Part shown: positions 25,801-46,536 of the stretch, in pieces
Position numbering within the stretch: position 1 is the stretch's first letter
Layout: every line of letters begins with the position of its first letter
Source: Hormiphora californensis
Taxonomy: Eukaryota > Animalia > Ctenophora
DNA: 64,000 bases
Direction of reading: 5' to 3'
NCBI GenBank assembly: GCA_020137815.1
Contig: CM035354.1
Location: 2,666,001-2,730,000, forward strand
Notes under the pieces: generated by a model
The model's input: only the letters and a program-made list of their open reading frames with translations
What the model was told of the DNA's origin: nothing
Databases searched by the model: none
Made by a program: the position numbers and the translations under genes

Positions 25801-28800
25801 CTGGGGGGGGGGGGGGTGGTCAACATTAGAAAAATACTATCTTTTTTCCCAAATAAGGGAAAAGGTAATAGCTCTTTTCAACCCAGAAAATTCACAGTTG
25901 TTGGAAGAGAGACGTGGTATTCCAGATAAGATAAGAAGCAGCACCCCCGCCAGCTCTGTGGCAAGTGAGGATGAGTATGTGGAGAGGTTTATCCGGAACA
26001 TCCAGGTAACATATATTACCATATATGGTCATTTTTATACTTTTACCAATAGGCATTTTTTTCTATAATTGTGAGGAAAAAGAAAATTTGGGGACTAAAG
26101 GTCCCGGTGGAAAGTCGGAACATTTCGCGATTTTTTAATGTCTCAAAAACTGCCAAAATTTCTAAAAGGTTTTTAAGGTACTTCTATTATCTCGGTACTA
26201 AAATTTAGGATTGATAAACAAATGTATAAAAAACAATTTTGATAAGAAAAAAAATACTTATCAACTGCTGGGATCATAGGACAATTTTTATAAAATTCAA
26301 CCTGCTGACTTGTGTTAGCTTTTTCTAGGAATTTTTTCAATAATGATATAGAAAATCGTTTGGTCCCCCTATAAACTTGGTTTGGGTAATTCTCACCAAT
26401 TTGGGGGGTACACAAAATTTGAATTCAGACAACAGGTAAAGGTCGAAACAAAGTTAAAATTTTTGAAAATATAAGTCTTAGCAAGTAGGAAATTGTCCAA
26501 GTTTCAATTAGTTAAAATGGAGAAAAATTAAACACTAAAACTGTGTGGAAAAATCAATACAAAGAACCCTTTTAGGTTTTATTATCAAAAATGATTTTTT
26601 TGAGAAAAATATTGGGTCACGATGGAAGAAACCCTTAAAAAACAGTACACTGTTTTATAAGTAATTACTCAACTGGTGTGGAAAAAAAACCATCCCAAAA
26701 CCAGCCATCTCACAATTTCAGCATATCCAACGAGTTGAGCGGGTTTGGGGTCCCAAATTGGGTAATTTTACGGCCAAGCGTTGGGGCACTATTGTGAAAT
26801 TTATTGGTACAAAAATTTAACTAAACCCTTGGGAAAAAGTTTTTGACAAAATTTGTTTTTTATCCACACTAGTTGAGTATGTTGGACCCCCTTTATTAAA
26901 TTAAGACTACTGATTGAAACTTTGGTTGAGAAAGATTTTTGAGTTCAAAATTTCCTATAAATTTCCCCAATTTGGTCGTTGTTGCCACCAAAGATGGAAC
27001 AAAGATTTAAAGTAGTGATCAAAATCCACACGATTTTGAGCATTTTTTGGAGTACCAAAATTGGGGGGAAGTTACGGCACAAGGTTGTGGGCTATCAATT
27101 TAGTAAACTTATTTGTAAAAACATTGATTTGAAAAAAGGAAAAAAAAATAAATTTAAAATTTAAAAGAAAATATCCCGGTTGGCTCCTATTGAGGGGAAG
27201 GGTAATTGGCGGAGCGTTTCACAGTAAACTCAACCTCTGGGATAAGTTTTTCTAACAAAATCTTTTTATCCCCCCATGGTTGAGTCATGTTGGGTCCCCT
27301 TAGATAATTAAGATATTTCTTGAACCAATCGGTTTTTGGGAACTCTTCTGAGTTCTAATTCCTAAAATTTTCCACAATTTGGTCGTTTTGTTGCCAGCAA
27401 AAGATAGGGAACAATGATTTAAAATAGTGATCACAAAAAAAAGTTAATCCCCAGCAGTTGAGTCAGTTTTTTAGCACCAGTAATTTGTCAAATAGATGCC
27501 GAATGATTGGCGAATGATTAAAATCCAATTTGAAGCCCGAAAAGTCCTAATCCTTGGTTTTTTTTTTTTTACTAAAAAGGATAAATTTTAATTGTTTGCA
27601 TTTTTTTTTTTTTGTAGTGTCAAAAGGTGTGATAAAAGCAGAATTATCACAAAAGTTCAAAGGGCCTACCATTTACCCTTTTTTGGAAAACCCTTATACA
27701 CAAAAAATTTTCCCCAAAATTTGAGGTTTTAAAAAAAAGCAAAAAAAATGGCTTTTAAATTTGTTTCATATTTGTAATTTTGAGAAATTGGGGGGATAAA
27801 AAAAAAAAAAAAAAAAATTTAAAAAAAAAAAAAAAAAAATTTTATTTACCTTCCCAAAAAAAAAAGGGGGCTTATTAGGGGGAAAACAAACCCCTTTTAC
27901 TTTTAAAATTGAGGGTTTTTAATTTTAAAAATTCCGATTTCCGACGGGGGTTAAAAAAAAGGGAAAAGTTTGTGCTTCTGGAAAAAAGGGGGAACAAAAA
28001 AACCCAAATTAAAGCCCCTTTAAAAATGATTCCCCCCCTTTCCCCCCCCCCACAAAACCTTTATTAGGGTTTTTAGGGTAAAGAGGGGGTTTAGATTCCT
28101 TTTAGGAAGGGGGAATAAGGGAAAAGGGTTTTCCCCCTTTCCATAAAAAACCCCATGAACCCCCCAACCCCCCCCCAAAACCCCCCACCCCCAACCCCCC
28201 CCCCCCCCCCCAATTTGGATTTTCTGAAATAGGAAAGAGAGGGGAGGGAGGAAGGAGGAGAGGAGAAAGAAGGGTGGATCTTTTCGGGGAGGAGGATTAG
28301 GGGGCCAAATGGTTAAATAGTTTTTGTTCCCCGGAAAAGAACCCGAAAGGAGAGAAAGAGAGAAGAAGGGAGGAGAGGGAAAAAGGGGAGGAGGGGGGGG
28401 GGTTAGGGGTGAAGAAAACGATTAGATTAGTAAGTAGGAAAAAAAGGGGGGTTTTGGGGGTAACTGATAAGGAAGGGTTTTTAAAAGAAGGAATTGGGCT
28501 GCTTTGTTGTGGGGGATTTTAGTTTTAACATACGTCGATCTATAATCTACAAAATTTTTTCCCCCCCGAACCTATATTGCTCGTCCAGTAATAGAAATAT
28601 TCCTTTGGGGGTTTTTTTTTCCAGAGGCGGAAAAGATTAAGAAAAAAGGGTAAAATAAGGGTTTTTTTTCCCCCACCCCCCCCCTTTTTTTTCTCTTTTT
28701 CTCTTTCTTTCTTTTCTTTTTTTATTTTTCTACCCCCCCCACGCCCGAGCGGTGGGAAACTGGATACACAGGGGAAAAGGAAGCAATGAAAAGGGGAGAG

Positions 28801-31800
28801 GAAAGTTTATTGTTCATTTAGAGGAACTTCTATCTTTCTCTTCTTTTTCTTTTTTCTCTCTCTCTGTTTCCTCTCTTTTTCTTTTCCAGGCAGTCGTGAA
28901 AAACGCACCGTAGACAGTAAACTGCACCGGCCCGGCACATTTTTATGCACTTCTAGCTCCACGCTCTACAGATTAGGTCATGCAAACACTAGTGTGTGCC
29001 TCTAATCGAATTGAACCCCCTCTCTCTCACTCACTTGGCCCTGTGCAGCAGTTGTCTGATAACCCTAGATTTTTAAATCGCTGATGGGAGATATGAAATC
29101 AGTTGTCGGCCTAACCGCACAACGTGCACGCACTGCTCCCCCTCTCTCTCTGTGCACGTGATCTCTGTTCTCGTCTCTGATTGGCTGAGAGATGTTCCAT
29201 GCTTCATCCTGATTGGTCTGTTTCTCTGCACATGTTGATAACCAGCTGTGCTCTCTCCCCTCCCTCTAAGTTTTGAAAGAACTCTACACTTTCTTGTTTG
29301 CAGCACAGTATGTTTGTCCTTCAAGTGTTGTTTGGCCTTGAAAGAGGTCTGTTGAGTGGCCTGGGTAGGGCCGTGTTTCGGAGTAGAAAGGAAAAGAAGG
29401 AGTTCCATGAGCATGCCGTTTCTTCTCCGACTAAACCAAGGTTTATTTGAGGGAAGGGGGTGATAGATAGATAGATGGGATAGAGAACGAGAAAGAGAAA
29501 GGGAGAGAGGAACAGAGTGAGCGATAGACTCTTTTATCCCATTATCACACACGTTCCCAACACATGCTTTTACGAGTGTCAAAGAGTCTAAGTGCACTTA
29601 ACTCGATTGACGCACACCCCTCTAAAACCCCCTCCATTTCTTTCAGTCTCAGTTCAGTCGCTAGTTCGGGATCAGTATCCAGTGATAGCAAGATGTCCAT
29701 CACTTCTGACGAGTGCAGTAGGGGACCCCGACAACCCCAGGCTAAACCACCACCTAAAATCATCCCGTCAGGGAAGCCACCCCGACACCACTCAGACCCC
29801 AGCGCTCCTGCAGTGCCTGTGGTTCACCCTAGGAAGAGTCTGAACACCCGTCCAGATAGCATGAACTCTGATAGTGGAATTATCGGTAGTTCAGGGTCAG
29901 ACACCAGCCAGGTACGTGTATAGCAGGAACAAGTAAACAACCAATCAGAACTCGTTATTTAGGTCACGTGACTGGTTATCAGCCAATCAGGGACCAGTAT
30001 TTCCTGATTCGGTCGGTTTCTGGTGTATAGTTTTGTAAAGTATCTCACTTTAGTTTTGTAACATCTCACATCTGTTTAGTACACTGAGCTACTTTATCAT
30101 GTGATCTGAGAGCTCGTTTTTTAGTTTAGTGTACACTGCTAAATGTTACGTGATCGTTGATGTTTTGTACTGCAGCTTGTATTACTAACTCATGTGTTAC
30201 GTGATCTCAGATCTGATCTCGGCTTTTTACTTTTCTAACTCTCCTTGCTTGATCTCGTTGTTACACAACTATATTAACCCTCTTCTTCTCCTCTATAGTC
30301 CCGTTGGAGCTGGCTGGACCAGGAGCAGCAGCAGCAGAATTCCAATAATCAGGGGAGTAGTGGACCTGCACCAACAACCCCAACAGCCGGTATTGGGGAT
30401 GACAAGAAACTGAAATTAGTTGTGGAGGAGTTGGTGAAATCAGAAAATGATTATGTGTTGAGTCTGGATTATATTGTGAGGCAGTATACCGCTCATCTGA
30501 TGAAGCATAAGTTGTGGAGCGTTCACCCCAAACTATTAGGTGAGACTAAAATCGGATTTTTTGAAGTTGTCACCCCCTGGGTCCGACTTTAATTAGCTTT
30601 AATTACCAGTAAAAGTTGGGCTAGAAAACCTATCTCCACACTGTGTTTGAGGAATTGATTTTTTTTGGAGCAGGAATGAGGGAAAGTCTCCTAAATTTAG
30701 CTAAATTAGGAGATAACATAATTAGGATCTGATAATCTTCTACAATACGTCTTTTAGGCCGGGAGACACATCACATTCATTCCTAAAATAGGCTCATAAT
30801 AACACCTTTAGTACTAAATCCTTAGTCGGCTAGCTCCTTATGATACTGTCTCAGCTATTCATCATTCTGGCTATTCTCCAATCTCTCTTTCCTGACATAC
30901 CACATCGAGCTCTAACTCACACCTCTCTAATCCACCCCTCTCTAATCCACCCCTCTCTATCCCAACCCTCTCTAACCCACCCCGTGCCCCTCTCCACCCC
31001 TCGCTAACCCACCCCTCTCTAACCCACCCCTCTCTAACCCTCCCCTCCCTAACCCGCCCCTCTCTAACCCACCCCTCTCCATCCCAGGTAACATTGAAGA
31101 GATATACCGGTTCCACAGGGAGCTCTTCCTGCCCGACCTTCTCCAGTGTGGGGGTGACCCCCTCAAAGTGGCAGGTGTCTTCATGAAACACAGATCCAAG
31201 TACGATCTGCACGTGCAGTATTGTCGGAACAAGCCGCGCAGTGAGGCGGTCTACAGTGAACACGAACAGGATTTGGAACAAGTCCAGAAAGTTCTGAACC
31301 AGTCCCTGTCTCTGTCTGCCTTCCTGATTAAACCTGTCCAGCGGATAACAAAATACCAGCTACTCCTGGCTGAGATCCTCAAGTTTGGTAGGGCGTGTGG
31401 ATTGTCTGGTTTGGACCAGGTTGAAGCTGCCCACGGAGTCATGTTAGAGGTACCCAGGAAGGCGAACAACTGGATGCACTTGGAGATGTTTGAGGACCCC
31501 CCTGAGGACACCCTGATCCACCAGGACACTCTGACTGTCAGCAGTGGGTCAGCTATCATCCAGGCTCAGGGGAAACCCCGTCAAGTGTTCCTCTTTAGGC
31601 ACTCTCTTGTTCTCACTAAGCACGAGATGGAGGGAAAGAAACTGAAATCGTACACCGCCAAAACGGTGATTGATCTGACCAACTGTGTGTTAACGTCTGA
31701 GGAGGACACTGTCAGGTTTGCTGTTTCCACCACTTCCACGGGGAAATTCTGGTTCTCAGCCCTCAACCAGGTCCAGAAAATAGAGTGGGTGAGGTTACTG

Positions 31801-32474
31801 AAGACTCAAATTGAGTACTGTCAGCGGGAGAGAGAACGAGGGAGTGTTGGGAGTAACAACAGCAATGAGGAGAACAAGAAAACAAAGATGAAGTTGAGAT
31901 TCCACAAACGGAGGAAGTCTCTAACAAAGATCACTCTCCGAGAGGATGGGAAGGAGGGGGAGAGTGACTGGGCCCAACCGTACATCACCGGATCTAACAG
32001 GATACCCTCGGATCAGGATCTTCTGAAGGGAGAGGATTACGAGAGGTGTATCTCAAAACTCAGTAATATCTCGATGAGTATCGATCACATCAATTTGATC
32101 CCCTCGGAACACCCTGTACAAGACACCAACACTAACCGACCTCCAACTCCGCCTATTGCCCAGAAAACAGGCTACAAATTCCTCAACACCCTCTTCTACG
32201 GACATTTCTCCATGTTTTGTACCTGTGAGCACTTGAAGACAGGTCTCAAGTTTACCGTACAGGTTACACCTGTGAAGGATCGACAGTTTCTGAGGTCCAT
32301 TCAACGGGAAATTGATATCCTCCAGTCGCTTAACTTTAAACGTGTCAGCCGACTTCATGAGGTGAGAGTGATTTTGTGTTGTGGTTATGTGGTGTTTTTC
32401 AGAAACCACAGAACGTTTACAATTACAGCACAACAATTCGATAACAAGCAACTAACTCAAAAAACATTACATGC

Positions 32475-32562
<88 letters not shown>

Positions 32563-34144
32563 TCTCTCTCCCCCCCTCTCTCTCCCCATCATTCCCTAAC
32601 AGTCCCCTCATTCCCTGCAGGTCCAAACCGACTACAAGGACTGTGTGTGTCTCATAATGAGTTACCAATACCAGCTGCCACTGCTAGACTTTGTCCTCCT
32701 AAAGGAGTCCCATCGGGAACTGGACACCGTTGAGATGATGAGGGCACTGTTGGAGGGTGTCTGGTACCTTCACACCAGGAACATTGCTCATCTTGATATC
32801 AAACCAGAGAACCTGATATGGGACAAAACTACTGTCAAGGTACGTGCCGTCATGATGATGTCATCTTTAATTAATGTTTCGTTAGAAATCTTTCAGTTAT
32901 TAAATTAAATATCATGACGTTATCCTCTCTGTTTGAAACCCTCCCTATGTTTCTAACCCCATCCTCTCCCTATATAATTACCTAACCAAATCCCCTCCTA
33001 TCCCTAACCACCTCCCCTCCTAAACTACTCGAGCTGGCCCATTATGTCCCTATGAACCACCTTCCCTTCCATTCCTAACCACCTCCCTCTCCCTAACCAC
33101 ATCCCCTCCTCTCCTTAGACCCTATTATATCCCTAACCACCTCCTCTCCTCTCCTTATACCCTATTATATACCTAACCAACTCCCTCTCCCTAACCACCT
33201 CCCCTCATATCCCTAACCTCCCCCTCTCTCCCCACAGCTGATTAACTACGAACTGGCCCATTATATCCCTAACCAACTCCCCTCCTATCCCTAACCTCCC
33301 CCTCTCCCTAACCACCTCCCCTCCTATCCCTAACCTCCCCCTCTCTCCCTAGTCCCTATACAGCTGATAAACTACGAACTGGCCCACTATGTCCCTATAA
33401 ACCACCTCCCCTCCTATTCCTAACCACGTCCCTCTCCCTAACTAACTCCCCTCCTATCCCTAACCTCCCCCTCTCTCCCTATACAGCTGATAAACTACGA
33501 ACTGGCCCACTATGTAGAGGATGAGAATGTGTACCTGGAGACGTCCATGCTGGATGATGAGTTCGGAGCACCTGAACTCCTCTTAGGTAGAGTGTCCTCC
33601 ACTGCTGCAGATATTTGGTAAGGGACTATTGTAACATGTGATGGTTGATTGGTTCTAATGTAGAATCAAGATAATATCAGCTTCTTAATTAACTTTAAAT
33701 AATGAATCACTAATTAGCATCTCTCTCTCACTGATACCATGATGGTTCCTAACCCTCCTTCCCTCTCTCTCCAGGGCCGTTGGAGTGTTGACCTACCTGT
33801 TGCTATACAGCGACAGTCCCTTCTACTCCCAGGGCCACATAATCCCACCACAGATGCGAGCCTTCAACAATACCCGCACCAAATCAGTATTTGGGGAAAC
33901 AACCCTCGTCTTTCTCTCCTCCCTCCTCCAGAATGACCCTAGGAGACGGCCAAATGCCCAGGGGTGCCTCAATTCCACTTGGATAAAGGCTTCGAACAAT
34001 CGGGCAGCGGGGGCTGCTGTGAGTCTCGATAAAAACAGACTGAAACGGTTTTGTCAGAGACGAAAACAAGAGGCCTCGGCAAGGGTGATAGATATCCCGG
34101 AAACTGTGTTAGATTCTCTGGGCCTAGCTGGAGATATGTTATAG
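1852..34144 (+). CDS. Trio/kalirin/UNC-73-like multidomain RhoGEF: spectrin repeats, DH-PH and a C-terminal DAPK/MLCK-like (pseudo)kinase; multi-exon gene
   Basis: GT-AG exons in matching phase: ~2058-2711 (5' part uncertain, apparent indels), 2895-3111 and 3227-3423 (spectrin-like, LRKFEQGIKNLYLWI). Error-damaged exons lie near 24757-24847 and 25448-25580. Then 25898-26005, 29564-29911, 30299-30539 (DH start, VVEELVKSENDYV), 31088-32361 (LIKPVQRITKYQLLL, PH, kinase N-lobe), 32621-32839 (HLDIKPEN), 33487-33617 (APE, ADIW) and 33775-34144 (stop). Joining the 5' and 3' halves into one gene is inference. Confidence 0.8.
2895..3423 (+). CDS. Spectrin-repeat exons of the Trio-like gene (2895-3111, 3227-3423)
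   Basis: Canonical cag|...|gtaag borders in consistent phase; helical spectrin-like translation with conserved Trp. Confidence 0.8.
3650..4205 (-). mobile_element. Putative 3' LTR of the Gypsy element
   Basis: On the minus strand a purine-rich tract (plus 4206-4221) is followed directly by TGT..., and the block ends ...ACA at 3650. No second LTR is present in the window for comparison. Confidence 0.6.
4449..5202. mobile_element. 754-bp non-autonomous DNA transposon (MITE), TA TSD, Tc1/mariner-pogo-like
   Basis: TIRs GGGTAAGCTGGGGT...ACCCCAGCTTACCC flanked by TA (4447-4448, 5203-5204); many internal GGGGCAAAGTGGCCC-type motifs in both orientations. Confidence 0.85.
5296..7215 (-). CDS. 639-aa Gypsy accessory ORF: RanBP2-type zinc finger plus long charged coiled coil
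   Basis: Intact ATG-TAG ORF. WRCARSSCRSLNWEKRETCRSC fits W-x-C-x4-C-x3-N-x6-C-x2-C. It also has an N-terminal KKKKKR, a 20-aa tandem duplication, an E/K/R-rich helix, and a CTAAC...TAG| acceptor 6 nt before the ATG. Confidence 0.75.
   Translation of the reverse strand: MDKKKKKRNSVDKTTCQNCGGAMPCEKDRCDDLRYEESTHVGLVPRGRAPPTPKISMRSSSAVASPAGGHHDFFVPITSAAEPTVQVASEDEYDLLKMDTTPASWAPSPDAKVKTPNPGAMSPEVKSKRWSPVKTPNPGAMSPEVKSKRWSPVRTPEFASQDIRMQSQVVVPKPTKEQLEMKREAKAKSKKADDEHVDFLRAEYERGLAEGKPATLKVPAFKKNNRASESEWRCARSSCRSLNWEKRETCRSCGDRRIQRRLSLQSDRSGPSKSEEKRRKIAQSPITKSLEDQEREHMLRVAEVERQGMELKRARREEEQRKQEEARLKKKREDEARLKKKREDEARLKRKKEDEAREKKKKEEEEERERKKKDDARKKGKERQKKDEEEQEEKVPARGYWTAQEIEAEYEEAKKKIEKRREEKRAILARHSDETVQKEKERIQRIIEKQKEELAKEHVKQPQVFVEQGDCLPELPEHRLSTYEWTRWDTRGFFPTRPVETLEERRRRFEELRESTRGGASFQDTYTRLVAAVEECSVELTQWATQHLDELVKRGDPELLVPRIPHGEETSDKKRHRPAKRIKERICSLSNLVSRERITIVARRRPNHQDLAELLELCRRVLLLEVFLEECGHPAYQRQ
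9587..11274 (-). CDS. pol: Gypsy integrase (C-terminal part of pol)
   Basis: HHCC (CHAELCGH...CINC), DDE (ILDHI, ICDNH, RAEMNN) and GPY/F-like RWFGP motifs; the frame stays open up to the insertion site. Confidence 0.92.
11283..12656. mobile_element. 1374-bp foldback-type non-autonomous DNA transposon with 8-bp TSD GGACCTCA, inserted in Gypsy pol
   Basis: Inverted arms of ~560-585 bp starting GGCAGGTGAGTAGAAC; 13-bp AATAAAAGGCTGC arrays in each arm; TSD at 11275-11282 and 12657-12664; removing it restores the pol frame. Confidence 0.93.
12657..15510 (-). pseudogene. pol: Gypsy pol: protease C-terminal part, reverse transcriptase, RNase H and acidic linker (two frameshifts)
   Basis: YPLP, FDLSKGFWQ, YFVDDV, VDASMDGYG, TDCKSL and (after the frameshift) LADFLSR motifs; frameshifts near 13487 and ~13045. 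Confidence 0.92.
16683..18055. repeat. Complex C/T-rich minisatellite upstream of LINE ORF1
   Basis: Dozens of CTCTCCGGTGCTCCTCTCCTGGGTCACCC units, with or without a CTCTCCACACC(A/T)G spacer. Confidence 0.92.
18240..20750 (+). pseudogene. LINE ORF1 remnant (coiled coil plus SGNH-esterase-like segment)
   Basis: A/C-rich coding-like strand; HVGKEDIL-like block near 20338 and KICVSLPIP near 20446; many indels. Confidence 0.5.
20780..24080 (+). pseudogene. LINE ORF2 (APE endonuclease plus reverse transcriptase)
   Basis: APE and RT motifs occur in the correct order across shifting frames. Confidence 0.85.
24841..25432. repeat. 32-bp tandem array containing a splice donor (~18 units)
   Basis: Unit AAATAAG|GTAGTTGTTTGTGCCACCCACTACC; the first copy overlaps an exon-like end ...TFLNK. 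Confidence 0.9.
29924..30022 (+). mobile_element. hAT-like MITE, 109-bp family (slightly deleted copy), TSD GTGTATAG
   Basis: Matches the other four copies; 8-bp direct repeat at 29916-29923 and 30023-30030. Confidence 0.9.
30299..34144 (+). CDS. DH-PH-(pseudo)kinase exons of the Trio-like gene
   Basis: Five exons (30299-30539, 31088-32361, 32621-32839, 33487-33617, 33775-34144) splice in frame to a stop codon. Confidence 0.92.
30915..31082. repeat. 15-bp intronic array rich in CTAAC/CTAAT, abutting the acceptor
   Basis: CTCTCTAACCCACCC-type units ending at the AG at 31086-31087. Confidence 0.85.
32950..33486. repeat. Intronic CCCTAACC array with duplicated acceptor and exon start
   Basis: Copies of (CAG)CTGATAAACTACGAACTGGCCCA near 33021, 33235 and 33361 precede the in-frame one at 33484. 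Confidence 0.85.
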
Positions 34145-34518
34145 GCGGTGACAATTTAGAAAACAGTTTTTAAAGGATTTTTTATTTATTTGATGTGCGT
34201 CGTGTGTTAATATGTGAATTTGAATAGTTTTCAATTGAATTTTTATTGCAAAAGTAGGAAGGATTTTACAGGAAAGAGGCACGTGTAGGATGCCACGTGT
34301 TTTGACATGTTTTTCTTAACTGCCATTTGGTGACAAACTTGAATTTATCAAAAAGCTGATGTGTTCTGTAAATATAGAAAAACTTTTTGCAACTTTTGCA
34401 ACTTGTCTTTTAAATTATCGTTTATTCAATTTCATAATCTAAATCATTGGTCATGGTGATGGTCAGTGTCGGGAGGCGGTAAATGTTAACCAGATCTGAG
34501 AGAATACGTACGTGCAAA

Positions 34519-34594
34519 ACCACGTTTTTGTCAATAACTCAGTCATTTCTTGACCATGGTCAAGAAATGACTGAATTATTGACAAAAACGTGGT
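34519..34594. repeat. 76-bp near-perfect palindrome
   Basis: ACCACGTTTTTGTCAATAA...CCATGG...TTATTGACAAAAACGTGGT, with one mismatch and no spacer. Confidence 0.9.
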
Positions 34595-34901
34595 CGACCA
34601 ATTTGGTTTCAATTTCAATGTGCTGCCTTACTGAGCTGAACCTAATTGCTTGAACCGAGGCAACTAAAACGTGCTTTGGAACACTGAGCTAGAGTGTAGA
34701 CGGCCTGATATGAAGAAGAAAAAAACCATAAAACTGATTGTGGTCTGCTGTTTGTATGGCGCTGAAAAACTCAACGCTGTCTGCGTTTTAACGCCGCGCG
34801 AATTCATTTGTTGTTCACGCGCGCGCTCAAAACCACTTGCAACTCAAGCTCAGTCGCCCTGGAGCAAAACAGGAAAATTTCTTGAAAAGCGCTGCCTTAT
34901 A

Positions 34902-35283
34902 AGGAACCATAATAAAGTTCAAGAGCCTCCAAGAGCACCCAAGAGCGCACCCTATCGAAGAGAGACCACACCTGAGAGCGCACCATACCCAAAAGAGACC
35001 ACATCCAAGAGCGCACCACCTCCAGAAGACACCACTTCAAGAGCGCACCACATCAAAGAGAGCTCCCCATCCAGAAGATACCACGCGCAGGGGACACCAC
35101 GCGCAGAAGAGACCAGCGCGGCGTTGTATTTGCGCGTGCGGTCTCTTCTGCGCGTGGTGTCCCCTGCGCGCGGTATCTTCTGGATGGGGAGCTCTCTTTG
35201 ATGTGGTGCGCTCTTGGAGTGGTGTCTTTTGGAGGTGGTACGCTCTTGGATGGGGTGCGCTCTTGAACTTTATTATGGTTCCT
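34902..35283. mobile_element. 382-bp palindromic MITE, probable TA TSD
   Basis: Arms AGGAACCATAATAAAGTTCAAGAGC... with internal GAGCGCACC repeats; TA on both sides. Confidence 0.8.
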
Positions 35284-35715
35284 TATCCCGCGCTCTATCG
35301 GAATTCGGGGGCCAGTGCAGCAGCGACCAGCGTTTGCCAATCTTGGGTCCGTCTGTTTTGAGTTTTCAGTGTTGTCAGTTGGGCATCCGTCGCATCGTTG
35401 TTCCGTTTATTTAAATCTCAGTCTTTAACTGTCGCTAAATTATTTTTAGAATTTTGTGTTCATATTTGTCTTTCTTAAAATAATATCTTGTGATTTGTTT
35501 GAGTATTATTCGGGCCTTGGCAGTCGGCACTGCAGGTGAAGTTGTGTGTAGGCCGTAGCGGGTAGCCGGTAGCCGGTAGGGCATGGCATAGATTGTTGAT
35601 GAATAGAAAGGTACTAAATAATATCAGTAAACAATTATTTGTTGTTAAAAATACTGCTCCACAGCTGAAGACGTCTGACATAGATCAGTCGAAAGCTCCT
35701 GTTCTTAATTGAATA

Positions 35716-36442
35716 CTAGAGTACCCGTTTGCTGGGAACCCGTGACCTGGTAAATGGTAATTGGTAAATCATTTACTGTAACGCGCGAATTTTTCCAAAA
35801 AAGCGCTGCTTTTTTACGCCGCGCGCGGAACCTAGAATTACGCGCGCAGTGTAAAATTTTAAAATTCATTGAAAATTTCCTCGCGTTTTATGTCGCCAAA
35901 AAAAGTCGACGAAAATTTCCAAATTCGTGAATTTAGAATTATAAGAACTCCGGTCAGTTCTCATCTTGCCAATCCGTTTTCCGGGAACCCCTGGCCAAAG
36001 GACATTAAAGTTCACATAACGACCAAGTTTCATATCGATTGGATAAGATTTTTGGTGGCTACGGTGAAAAATATCGTATTTTTGGCATTTTTAACTTTCC
36101 CGACGCGATTTACGACCCTTAAACATTGAGTTACGGGAAATCGCTATCATGTAAAATGAAGTTCAAACGATTCTCTTTCCCCACTATTGCGTTAGTTTTT
36201 TGATTTAGAGCCGTTTTCAGGGTCTTAGAAGCGTTTGAAAAATGTAAGTATTTTTGGCGCAATGACGTCACCCCGTGACGTCACTGTTGTAAAGATCGGA
36301 TCAAAAATCTGAGCCCGTACTTACACCCGCCTTGGTCCAAAGTACCAGTGTACAAATTTTCAGGGGTCTAGCTCAAAAACTGTAGGAGGAGTAGGGAGAA
36401 AACAATTATCGGACTAACATTTTGGAAATTATTATATGGATT
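35716..36442 (+). mobile_element. Putative Helentron/HINE-like non-autonomous element
   Basis: Starts ACTAGAGTACCCG and ends ...ATTATATGGAT, with AAATTTTCAG...TAGCTC...GGAGGAGTAG near the 3' end; assigned by pattern recognition only. Confidence 0.4.
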
Positions 36443-37046
36443 AGTACTGCAAAATCGTTGTTTCTCTTTAATTATTGCTCCACAATTGACACTATCCGGT
36501 CAGAATTCAGAAGATAGGAAGCTGAGCTGCAGCCAGCACCCTAGGGATTTTTTGATCTTCTTTCCGCTTTTACTCGCATTAATTAAGCTCCTATATTTCA
36601 AGAAACTTTTAAATAAGAAACTTTTTTCAAAGAAACCACAAGAGTAAGCAATCCAAAAACTAAGAAACTCTGTCGTTTATTATGAAACTAAATATGTTAG
36701 GGGTTTCTTATTTTGTTGAGGTCTCTGAAATGTGTGATATACATTTGAAAAGTTTCTTAGAAAACAAGAATAGAATGATTGTACAGCTTGAGTAGTGTCT
36801 CCCAAATTAAACTTTGCAAAAAAAGTATTGCACATTGGCATTGTGACATTGCTTCGGATTTGATAGGTTTTTCAACCACTCCCCTTTCTATATCATTTTT
36901 TAATGAATCTGCTTTTTCTTTAGAAGTCGTATGATCTCCTGTTCCCTACCTAGTTTCAATTGGATTTTCATCTGCAAGCTGTGAAATTCTTTTCAAACGA
37001 AATTTAATTGATTTTTTTTGCAATATATAGCCTGAACAAGATTGCC

Positions 37047-46536
<9,490 letters not shown>

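Noticed and set aside
26000-28850. Homopolymer-rich low-complexity DNA as a biological signal
   Set aside because: Known repeats and the GPCR frame degrade into A/T/C/G runs in such stretches, which points to poor consensus quality. The same applies to 38550-42550, 44300-45000 and 51400-55700, and ORFs there are ignored.
28890-28976. Candidate exon GSREKRTVDSK...
   Set aside because: It has a good acceptor but a weak donor and no recognisable domain, so it was left out of the model.
34671-35414. ORFs of 66-176 aa
   Set aside because: They derive from the palindromic MITE; the same peptide appears on both strands.
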